64,000 bases of DNA from Nemertoderma westbladi. Lineage: Eukaryota > Animalia > Xenacoelomorpha. The first letter of the stretch is position 1; each line of letters begins with the position of its first letter. Where the stretch lies: the NCBI GenBank assembly GCA_032718475.1, contig JAUCBJ010005279.1:20990-84989 (forward strand). The letters are read 5' to 3'. The notes under the pieces were generated by a model that was not told the DNA's origin, searched no databases, and was given only the letters and a program-made list of their open reading frames with translations. Made by a program: the position numbers and the translations under genes. Below, in pieces: positions 26,128 to 37,180 of this stretch.

Positions 26128-26835
26128 CTCCCCCCCATGCTATCTTCCCGGTAAGAAGATAGCATCAACCAAAAAGTGCGCTACAATCCCGCTGGATCCC
26201 GATCTAGTATCGGGTGTGGGGTGGAATTCTTTTCTCTCGGAGCCGGCTTTCCAGGCCGCTCCCTATGGGTATGATAACGCTACCCTAATGCCTGGCGTCT
26301 CATGTCGGGCTGATCGCGCTCACCTCTCACGCGACTTTTGTTTCCCCAACACTTTCGCCCTATTTCTTCTCCACTCTCACCCTAACTCTCTCATACCCTC
26401 GGACCTCCTCGTCCCTCACTCAGCCTGTTATTCTCCCCCCCGCACTAGAATTGCGTTCGCACTCTCTCCGCACTTCGCTCTATTACTCCGTCCCTCAACC
26501 CCACTTTGACTATTTCATCCCTCCTGACAAATCTCCCCCCCCCCCCTCTTGTGCCGTCGCACTCAAGAAGTGTGAAATTGTCTGGTGTCTCGTCCATAGT
26601 GCCATAGTCAGTTATCCCCCCAGTCCCAGTAGCTAATTGAGAAAGGTTGTATGACTATAGTACTTACTCCGAACGTATGTATTTTACTGCTAATTACTAC
26701 GTACGTACATACAAATTGCACTTATATGATTATTTGCATTAATTAAATTTGTACTTAATAGTTCGTACGTCCCACGCGGCGCCTTCCAGGCGTACCACGT
26801 CCAAGTCCCAGTTTCTCTCCCTCGGCTCTGGGAGC

Positions 26836-29382
26836 CTATCTGTTCCTCTGGGGATAGTTCCCCCTGGCGTCCCCTTCCCTGGGTCGTTTCTTGGTTACCA
26901 CCGCTCCTCTGGGATCCGCTTTCTGCTTTCGGACCTTCGCCGCCACCTCCCTGCTGATTCCGGTTGTTGGCTCCTTGGGCGCTGGTGTTATTAGTGCCGG
27001 ATACCGCTTCGCAGGTGGCCCCTCAGAGTGGCCCGGTTGTCTCCCTCTGGTGGCGTCCCATAGGATCATCTTTATTGCTTGCGGTACGTGCTCCGCCAAG
27101 AAATCCCTAAACTCCCTTCGGTTCTGTGGCGTCCACCTATCCAAATATCATTGTGTGTTCATCACTCCAGCGTATGATGCCGCCGTTGCTACCTCTTGGT
27201 AGGTAAACGGTAGCCTCCGCTTTATGATTTCCATGTGAGTCTCCTGATTGATAAGGAAGAAACCCCACTTGAACTCCTGGGCCTTCATGCGCTGGCGCGT
27301 CATAGCCCCGACGTCGGCCCACTCCTCGAATCTTGCGAACTTTTCCTCGTCGTCCATCCAATCGCACTGGCGTCCGTAGTGTCCTCGAAAGTGGCACTTT
27401 GGACATCGGTTATGTAACCGTGGACACGCCCCCATCCTGTGGCTCGGCTCTCAGCAGTAGAGACAAAAGGTTCCCTTCTGGAACCGGTACAAGCAGCTCC
27501 TTTCCTGGTGGGTCTGTCTCCCACAGTAGTCGCAGCCGAGTACCAATGTCTCCCGTCCCACCTCGTCCTTCGTCCCAAGCGATCTCCGCGGTCTGTGGAG
27601 TCGCTGGTAGGCAAACTTCTCCACATTAGTGTCTCTATCTACGTCGATCTCCCCGCCCCTCTCGGGCATCGTCTCCCCGAATACTATCCGTGGTGCCGTC
27701 CCCGGTTGCTCGCCCAACCTGATAGTGCTCCCCGCGAAATCCATCGCCGGCTCCTCGTGCACCCAGGTCCGCTTGCCGGATCTGTTCCAGAAGGCCCTCG
27801 CCCCACTGGCCGTCACCACCCTTCCGCCAACCCAGTCCGTGTCCGAGTGGCCTATCCTCTCGATGGGCGGCATCTCTCCGAACTCGTCGTCGTCCTCCTC
27901 CTCTTCTCGCAGTGGTTCCAACCTCGGTATCCTGGTGGACCCACTATGTCCCTTCCCGCCTTGGCTCTCGCCCGTAGCTCTCCATCCCTCTAGCTCCCTC
28001 AACTTCCTCGGCGGTTGTTCGCCCTCGGCGCCCGCTGGTATGGGCATCTCTTGCAACCCCGACGTCGACTGTTTCGGCGATCCCACCGTCCATCCCAATT
28101 CTCGCCCTAGAGACTCCCCCGAACTCCCTGACGAAGTCCAATAAAGTTCGTCTAGGCCCGCCTGTTCCTCGAAGCCGTAACTCTGCGTCCTCGCCTCCTC
28201 TTCCCTCTCCTCTGCTTCTATCCTCTCCCGTCTAGCGACTTCTTCCAGTCGCTTTGCTTCTCGTCTGTCCGTCTCTAGCTGCTTCCATCTCTGATACGGC
28301 GTATCTGTCTCCCCGTCTACCAGATGTCGGCTGTTGTAGTACACCGACTCGCCCTTCAGCCCCGGGTGGTCTACCAGACCGTCGAAGGCCGTTTTAAAGG
28401 CTCTCCTGTAGCTTAGGTGTGATCCCGATAACAGAAATGCCCCTGGTTCCCTCTCGATAACCACGGTCATAAATAAGTTAAGCAAACTTATCATCATCCA
28501 ATCTTCCTGCAAGATATATCGCTTCTGATATACCTTTATCGCTCCTCTGCGGAACTGATATACCTCTTGCTTTCCCGGTCTCGCTCCCCACTTTAGCGAG
28601 TTCGCTAGTTCTGCTCCGTATTCTTCCCTGAACTTCCCCCAGTCCATCGGTTTGTGGCATACGAGCCCCAATAGTTGGCCCATTGCCACCGCCCCGCACT
28701 GGCCTGTGTTTCCGACTACCCCCAACCCATCCGGTGCCGTCATAGCCATAAAGACCTTCTGCATGTCCAGGAGGTTGGTGGCGTCCGGACCGATGATTCT
28801 CTCCGCATCCTCGCAAATTGCCGATCCCACTTTCGTCGTCGACTTCTCTCTTACCAAGACTTGTACCGCTTTCGGTAACCGATTTAATTTCAGCCCGTCC
28901 TTCTTCCCATATGTTCCTAGATCGAATAAGAAAATGTCCCCATTTGGCGCGGCCAAATGTAGGAGTATGGTACTGGCCGACCCCGCTGATCCTCGTCTCG
29001 AACCCGCCTCGTCTTCCACGGTTCCCTCGTCGTCTAGGATCATATATCCTCCCCTGTTGACGGACTCTATGAATCTCTTCCAGTCCTTCCTCGGTGATTC
29101 CCTCGGGTACTTCGGAATCCCGAACCTAGCCTCGTCCCCTTTCACCACATTGTGGAAGTGTTGGAAGATCGCGTTGTCCACCGACGGCGTCCCATAGGTC
29201 CCAACCAGCCGCTGTTCGTGCATCTCTCGGAAGTGATCCTGCAGCGCACGTGCCGCGTGACCCCTTTCCAACCTCTCGTAGTATCCTCTCGTCTTCTCTT
29301 CCAGATGCCTCTCGGTGAAATCCACCAGTATCTCCTTTCCTCCCGACTCCGCCTTTCTCTTTCTGATCAACTTACTCGCCAT
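26836..29382 (-). pseudogene. Accessory ORF3 of C: DEDDy (WRN/RNase D/EXD-like) 3'-5' exonuclease + three CCHC knuckles; two premature TGA codons
   Basis: ExoI YMILDDEG, ILLHLA..IFLFDL, LPKAVQVLV..KVGSAICED (ExoII), QKRYILQED (ExoIII-like); CDYCGRQTHQERSC, CLYC*EPSHRMGAC, CPKCHFRGHYGRQC. ORFs 27451-29391, 27148-27435 and 26836-27144 share one frame (849 codons from ATG 29382). Confidence 0.8.
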
Positions 29383-29874
29383 TCCGAACACTACACTCGC
29401 TCACCTGCAAGGTGGTGCCTTACCAAGGCGCAATACAGATGAGTGATGTATCTAGGATGTTCTGTACGGTTCGATAATGGCCTATTTCTACTTAACTGCG
29501 CCTTTTAACCTAAATTTATTACTAATTAATCTTGAAGCTAGTAAATGAGCCTAATTTACAATTTCTGTCCGTTACATTTATTATGTTCTAGAACAACTTT
29601 CCTTGTGTTGCCATTATTTTGTAACTTTCAGCCCTATTCTATTTATTTATCTATTTATTTTAATTCTACTGTCCTACTACTTACTATTACCTATGGATTA
29701 TTCTATTCTTTAATCCACATTCTGGCCTACTCTGTGGGCCTGTGCAGTACAGCAGTATGCGTCGTGTGGCCACACGATTTACCCAGCTGTATTCATATGC
29801 CCCCCTCTCGCTACTAATGCTACTTACTGCTAACTAATATCTATATCTTATATACCCTTCTACCTCTTACTCTC

Positions 29875-30630
29875 TCTCTCTCTAACTAACGGTACTACGT
29901 ACCCTCTAACTCTTCTCTAACTAACTAGCGGTACTTACGTACCCTCTAACTCTAACTCTTCCCTAACTAACGGTACTACGTACCCTCTAACTCTTCTCTA
30001 ACTAACTAGCGGTACTTACGTACCCTCTAACTCTCCTCTAACTAACTAGCGGTACTTACGTACCCTCTAACTCTAACTCTTCTCTAACTAACGGTACTAC
30101 GTACCCTCTAACTCTAACTCTTCTCTAACTAACGGTACTACGTACCCTTTAACTCTAACTCTTCCCTAACTAACGGTACTACGTACCCTCTAACTCTTCT
30201 CTAACTAACTAGCGGTACTTACGTACCCTCTAACTCTCCTCTAACTAACTAGCGGTACTTACGTACCCTCTAACTCTAACTCTTCTCTAACTAACGGTAC
30301 TACGTACCCTCTAACTCTAACTCTTATCTAACTAACGGTACTACGTACCCTCTGACTCTAACTCTAACTAACTAGCGGTACTTACGTACCCTCTAACTCT
30401 AACTCTAACTAACTAGCGGTACTTACGTACCCTCTAACTCTCTAACTAACTAGCGGTACTACGTACCCTCTAGCTCTCTAACTAACTAGCGGTACTACGT
30501 ACCCTCTAACTCTCTAACTAACTAACTAACTAGGTACTACGTACCTCTTAACTAACTTCTCTAACTAGGTACTACGTACCTCTTAACTAACTAACTAACT
30601 AACTAGGTACTACGTACCTCTTAACTAACT
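29875..30630. repeat. Tandem array of 19 units (~35-42 bp), each with a GGTAC-(T)TAC-GTACC hairpin and CTAA runs
   Basis: Counted 19 cores from 29891 to 30606. Confidence 0.95.
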
Positions 30631-30768
30631 TCTGCCTATTAACTGCGTACCTACTATGTACTATTATTTTTATTTTATTTTTATTTATTTGTGTGGGAGG
30701 GGCCTCTCACCCTCAATCCCACCCCCCTCAGTCCAAACTTGGACGACTAAAAAACCTCTAACTCCAAT

Positions 30769-33700
30769 CTAAGGTGCCCCTTCTAATAGACAGCATTTCC
30801 CTACAGCTCTCCTGTAGGTTTTTCTGTCCTTCGCACCTATCTTTCCACCTATCCGCACTTCTACCGATCGGACTCTTCCGTCCTCATCGGAGTAAGTGCC
30901 TACAACTCTCGCCAACCGCCACTGGTTGTTGATGATAGTATCATCCGTAACGATTACGAGATCTCCTACTCTTAACTCCCTGTTCGGCTTCTTCCACTTG
31001 CTTCGCTTATGGAGCGTGGGTAGGTATTCTTCTACCCACCTCCTCCAATACTCTGCGCTTATTGCTTTAGCGACTTTCCAACTCTGGCGGGAGTGTATGT
31101 CATCTGGGTCTACACCCCGCATATCGATGGTCGCTGGCCTTTCCATCAGAAAGTGGCTAGGCGTCAGCACGTCTAATGACTCAGGGTCATCATTCTCTGG
31201 ATATAGCGGTCTGCTATTAATGATCCCCTCGCACTTCGCAAGCACTGTCCGTAAGACGTCTTCAGTGACCATGTGGGTGTTCATTAACTTCGTCATTAGA
31301 TGCTTTGAACTGCCCACCAGTCTCTCGACGCATCCTAGTGTATGTGGTGCATACGGCGTCCTTCTCTCCCACTTTACTTGTCGTCGTCTCATGGCCGCCC
31401 TGACTTCCTCCCCTTCCAAGATGTCCAAGGCCTCTGCCATCTCACTCTCTGCGCCCACAAAGTTGGTGCCGTTGTCGCTGTATATCACTGCGATCGTCCC
31501 ACCTTTGCGGTCTCTAAACCTTTCTAAGGCATTAATGAATGCTGATGCGGTTGCATCTTGGGCGAGTTCTATCCCTACCGCCCGTGTGTTGTTGCATACG
31601 AAGATAATGCCGTAGCGTTTCTCCGTGTGTCGCATCACTTTGATCTTTATCGGCCCGAACATGTCCACACCGCAATGCTTAAATGGCGGGTCGTGCTGTC
31701 TTACCCTACTCGCCGGTAGTGGTGCCATCTCCTGTACGGCTCGCTCCTTCTTCGCTCGTCGGCAGGTCTGGCACTGCCCCACTACCGCTTTTACCTTCTT
31801 TCTCAGTTGTTTGACCCAATAGGTCCTCCTTATCTCTGTGAGGGTTCGGTTGGTGCCCCCATGCAAAATCGATTTGTGGGAGTCCCAGATAATCTGGTGG
31901 ACTATTGGCGATCCTGTGGGAATGATGATGGGTTTCGGTGGTACGGCTATGCTATTGTTATATCCCACCCTAGAATTCATTACTAGAATCCCATCGTCAT
32001 TGAGTTGTGGCGACAGCGTAATCAGCTCGCTGTCCCGTCGGAGGTGCTGTTGGTTACCGACGCGTTCCACCTCGTCGCCGTAGTTCTTCCGTTGTTCATA
32101 GCGGATCACTGCCTTGGCCGCTCCTTCCAGATCTATGGTTGTCCTGATCTTCTTGTCCTTGCCAACACTCGCGAGGAAATTCCCGAAAGCTCTCCAGTAC
32201 GCCACTAGTTTCTTGGTCTTATACCAACTAGAACTGTAGCTGAGGAGTTTATCCGTCGGGTTATCGCACAGTTCTCGTCCTGGTTGCACGTCCCTAATCT
32301 CCCTCACCATCTGGGAGTACATCTCTTCTCCCTCTGAATCTCCCTCTTCTCCCTCCGAAACTACTTCTGAGCCCGGCTCCACTCTTCTCATCGGCGGCCA
32401 GGCCTCCTTATTGCTCAGAAATCGTGGCCCATGTTGCCACAATACTTCCTTCTTCAAGAAAGTGTGGCGTTCCACGCCCCTCGACAGCAAGTCCGCTGGG
32501 TTCTCGTCTGTTGGGCAGTAGTGCCACCTTTCCAGTTCTGTGGTCGCCCTTATTTCGTCCACTCTATTCGCGACAAATATCGGGTATCTTGTCCTTTCGT
32601 TATGTAGCCAACCAAGCACTACCATGGAGTCCGTCCAGTAGTGTGTCTCCACTATGTTGGGAATAGTATCCACTAGGTAGGCTGTGGCTCTAACTCCTAG
32701 TCTCGCAGCTGTTAATTCCAACTTGGGAACAGATGCTGAATCTGGCGGCGTCGACTTTGCTTTGCTAAAGGCTAGTCTGGGCTTGTGAGCCCCCCCTCGT
32801 TGTACTAAATAGAGTGCTGCTCCGTACGCCTCCAACGACGCGTCGGAGAACATGTGTAGGTCCAGATTCGTCATGTTCCCATCCGGGAAATACACTCGTG
32901 GCATGTTGTATGTTCCCATCTTCTCCAAGTCTCCTGTCCACTTGCTCCACTGTTTCTTGATTTCCTCTGGTACCTCTACGTCCCACTCATCCTTCAATTT
33001 GTATACTCTCTTAAGTATCTGTTTCCCTGTGACTAATAATGGGGATGCTAGGCCTAGGGGATCGTATATCCTTGCTATATACGATACATAGCCCCTCTTC
33101 ATATGGGTGTCTGCACCCTCCTGGCTCAGCTGATACTTCAGTTCGTCTGTCTCTCTATCCCACACGATTCCCAATGCCTTCTGTTGAGATTGTGTTCTCT
33201 TATTCGCCATGTCCTGCCCTTTGACTGTTGTTGGATTATCCATGGTCGATTCTGGCCTCTTGTCTTCTATTGCCTTGATAAATTCTTCCGAACTGGATTG
33301 GAATTTGGTCAGGTTAAAGCCGGATCCTTTTAGGATGTCGCGAACCTCGCGCCCTGTGTCCAGTATCTCCTTAACCGTATTCCCAGACTCCATTCCGTCA
33401 TCTACGTAGAAGCCGCGTCGAATCATATCGATGGCCCTACTGCTGTATCTATCTTCCTTCCCTTTCACTGTGTCTCTCACTGCCATAGTCGTCGTAAATG
33501 AAGACGACTTGGCCCCCATGTTTTGTACTACCATCTTGTATGCCGGTATTATCGACGGTTCTTCCTCGCCGTTATACCATAAGAAGCGTTGACTGTCGCT
33601 ATCTTCCTCCGTTACACGGACTTGGTTGAACATGCCTTCTATGTCACACGTGAAGGCGTGTTTCCCGTTTCTAAATCTAAGTAGCACCTCTATGCCCGAA

Positions 33701-34393
33701 TTGTATATGTTTGGGCCTTCTAACAGGTAGTCGTTTAAGCATTTTCTGACGGTCTTTGCCGATGCGTCGACTACCATCCTTAGTTTACCTTTCTTTGGGT
33801 CTAAAGCCACGTGGAGTGGCAGGTAATATGTCCTGTCCGTGTTCGGTTCGTCGACCGGTAACTCCACGGCCCATCCTTTCTCGACGTACTTCTTAATCGT
33901 TCTGTGGATGTACTCATTCTTCTCGGGGCTCCGTTTTAGTGTTTGTTTTAGCTTGCGGAGTCTCGTGAGTACCATCCCCGCCCTCTATTATCGGGCAGCG
34001 GCATCTTCGGTAGTTTCCATACCATTCCTATAGTATACCGCCCCTCATCGCATGTCATCGATTCCTCCACGCTTTGTAAAGCCTGCTTATCTTCTACCGA
34101 GGTCCCGACCCCGGTCTCTTTCAGTCCCTCGAAATCTTGTCTGAGCAGTCTTTTAAGCTGCTCCTCTGCTCCCTCATCACCCATTTCCTGCATTGTTCCT
34201 GCGAACATGCATCCTGATGTCTCCGACATCCTAAACTCAGCGTCCACCCGAATGGTGTCAATATCGCCACCGGGTCACACTGCTTGTCTTCGCCGAAGAC
34301 CGTTTGCATTATTTTGTGGGCCGTCGGGCAGTCCATTCCTACTATGATGGATATCTTCCTAACGTCCACATCTGGGATTGAGAAGTCAATGTC
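30769..34393 (-). pseudogene. pol: pol of C (end of protease, RT, RNase H, integrase); two frameshifts before the 1068-aa ORF 30769-33975
   Basis: FTCDIEGMFNQV, YVDD, FSDAS, PKLEL, WTDS, NPADL, HKSILH..CQTC, GVDMFGP, SDNGTNF, VERLV; frame rejoins gag across B (FLD-DI-DFSIPD). Confidence 0.95.
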
Positions 34394-34522
34394 TATAGAA
34401 TTATATCCTCATAAAAGCCGTGGATTTTCAAAATTTATTTTTGTTGGAATAAACTTGTTATAAAGATTACGTTAAGTTCTCATTTGTATTTACCATTGCT
34501 ATTTGTACAAGGTTACTCAAGT

Positions 34523-34606
34523 GGTTCAGTAGCTCAGTCGGTTATGTGTTGGAAATTTGTCCAGAAGGTATCGTGTTCAAATCCTAGAAGGTGCGAATTG
34601 TTTTTT
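34523..34606 (+). ncRNA. tRNA-derived A box / B box / T6 cassette in U3 of LTR B; second copy 48806-48889
   Basis: TAGCTCAGTCGG (34530-34541), GTGTTCAAATCC (34573-34584), TTTTTT (34601-34606). Confidence 0.65.
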
Positions 34607-34739
34607 GTGCTGAATTTTCAATTAATTCAAATTAACCTCTACGATTTAAATTGATAGTAACAATGTATGATTTGACTGAATCATTGTACGAATACATTAT
34701 ACAATGTACGATTTAAATTGCATTTACCCGAGTGATTAA

Positions 34740-34905
34740 CCAATATAATTGCAGTTATATGATAGTAACCAATGTCGTGCAAGTTGTGAGTTGTTGGACC
34801 AATGGTTATCTTTAAAAACCCAATATAATTATAGAATGTTCTCGATTGTTTGCAGCACAAATTTGCTATAAAAGGTGCAGTTTCGTTCATTAGTTATTCA
34901 ATCTC
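34740..34905 (+). promoter_or_regulatory. Probable Pol II promoter of LTR B (several CCAAT motifs + TATAAAAGG at 34867)
   Basis: Motifs are positionally conserved in A; transcription start inferred near 34890-34900. Confidence 0.55.
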
Positions 34906-36376
34906 AATCACACAAAAACACAATTATTCTGAGTTATCTGATATTTGTTTATTCTGTCATTAGTTATTTCAGATTACATTTTGTATTAGTATTAATCTGC
35001 AATAAAATTCAGAAATACCGCTATCAGCCTTTCTTTTCACTATGATTCACTACGGTGAACACCCTTAGGAACAGGATGGTCGGCTAAAGATCGGGCCGCA
35101 GCAGTGAACGAGAACATCGGGGGAATGTGACCAGGAGACCACCCACAACATCTATTAGAGTTATTCGCCCATCGCCTGAAGGTTAGACAGTGTTCGATGC
35201 TTTGCTACCTAAGTGTAAGACCTAAGATCGACGGTAGGAGCAGCGACACACTGTACGCCAAAAGTTAAATTAAGATCTGTATTATCCTGATTCTCGGAAA
35301 ACCAGCAGAACCCCTTCATATTCCTACGGGGGGAGAGGAGGACAGAGGAAAGTTAGAGATACCTGTACGCAGATAAGACATAGGCACACCAGTACATGGC
35401 ATGTAAATTGATAGGGTGCAGCAAAACTGTACGCCTAGCTCATTGTCAGGTATAGGTGCGCTGTGTGTCTTGTCAGCAGTACACGGTATTTGTTGCTTGC
35501 GTTGGAACTTGTAGGCTAGGAGAGGGTTGTTGTGTTTTCCCTGAATTGTGATTATACCATTCAGGCGGTAGGGCAGTTTACATGCTAGGCGAAAATAAAT
35601 TGAGGCTATTAGGGATACTAACATCTACCGTGTCCCCGCCAACGTCCTGATAGGAAGTTACCCGGACTACCTAGGTGACTAAAATTCCAGATAAGAGCCA
35701 GGATAGCTATTCGTAACTGTACGCCTACAGTAGTAAACTAACACATTTCTTCTTAGTATTAGGGACCTGGTACCTAAAATTGCCGAATTCTGGGCGTAGC
35801 ATTAACCCTGGAAATACACAAAAGGGGAAGGAGCCTTATCATTTGTAAGTATTGGACCTACAAGTTACCAAAATATTAGAATATTTGTAAAATAAACGCC
35901 GGACCCAGTAAATGAGATTATATGAAGGATTAAAACCAATTTTGATCCAAGAATTAACAAATTCGCGTGTTTAGGAATTATTTACACCTCAAAAAAATAT
36001 AAAATAATTTGTTCACTCTGCTGCTTTGCCTGCTAGTTATATTTGTAGCTAGCGTCTCTCTCACCCACCATATAAATCACACCGCGGCAAAGTATACGAG
36101 CGCCCTTAGTCCGTCAGTGAGTCAGCCCGATTTTAGGATTCGCTGCGCGGGATTTTTGTATTACCGAAGTTTGTCCGTTCGTAGACTGTTTTCTGCCTCA
36201 CCGGTTAAAAGAGACCAATACTGCGATAGTTTTGCTTACTTAGAGTTTACTGTTTTGGTGAGAAGGTCGGATTTATGCTTTGATTCACAGACTCTATAGT
36301 ATGATATTGCAGGATACGTATTTGGGTTTCTCACATCAATAGGAATGTGTACCTTTGTTCGTGTCTCTTCCATTTA

Positions 36377-36389
36377 GTAGGAATATGAA
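36377..36389 (+). promoter_or_regulatory. Non-tRNA primer-binding site of B (GTAGGAATATGAA)
   Basis: Abuts the 5' LTR; perfect 13-nt complement TTCATATTCCTAC at 35315-35327. Confidence 0.75.
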
Positions 36390-37180
36390 TTACTGAACTA
36401 CGGTTCAGTAGAACAAAATTATTTGAAAATTTTGTATTTTGAGGTAAAAATTTGTATTTGATTAGCTAAGTGCTAATTTTTTGAAATAAAATTTTGATTT
36501 GAAACGCGTAAAACATTTGGAATTAAATACCAGTGTTTAAAAGGGTTTAAATACCATATTGTACCGGTACAAAAAATTTTCGTAAAAGTAAAACCAAACT
36601 CTTTTGTTTTTCAGGATTCAGAGCTCATTTCTAGACTGTAACGAGAGCAAGACCGTGTTTCACGAGTTTGGGAGATAGATAACTCAACAATTTTGGTTGG
36701 GAAAATCGCACTTCGTCCGCAGCGTTGGAAACGGAAAGGTTCACGTTCGGTTTGTATGTGGGAATCTGTTTTTCTGGAGAATTATTGGAGTGGGTAAGTT
36801 CGAAAAGTTGCATTAATCAGTTAGGCATTACCGTATTAGTTAAAATTATTGTGGGTTCCACTGTCTCAAGTATTTATGCATTCCGTACGATTTCTTTGTT
36901 TATTGCTGAATTAGTCCGTAATTATTTGTGTTAATTTACATTTTGATAACGTATATCGTTATCCGATTTATTGTTATAAAATTGGCCGTTAGGCTAATTT
37001 TATTATATACTTATACCGTGACATTATTTGCTGTAAAATTGGCCGCTAGGCTAATTTTATCCATTTGCTATAAAATCGGCCGGTAGGCTAATTTTATATG
37101 ACTGTAATTAGTACCGTTAGATATAAATACGGTAAACTCGATACTTTAACACTCACTTTACTTGACTTACAACTACTGAA

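Larger units (their letters stand above)
34394..36376 (+). repeat. 5' LTR of element B (TATAG...CCATTTA)
   Basis: Direct repeat of 48677-50678; at least 7 substitutions and a 19-bp deletion near 35807. Confidence 0.97.

Noticed and set aside
29875-30630. CRISPR-like array of palindromic repeats
   Set aside because: Spacers are not unique (CTAA/CT variants), there are no cas genes, and the context is a eukaryotic retrotransposon.
36009-36299. Hydrophobic 96-aa ORF inside LTR B, and other short LTR ORFs
   Set aside because: Non-ATG start and no equivalent ORF in LTR A.
35328-36350. Hammerhead/HDV ribozyme or group II intron in U5
   Set aside because: Could not find a CUGAUGA/GAAA core, an HDV nested pseudoknot or domain V by eye; needs Infernal.
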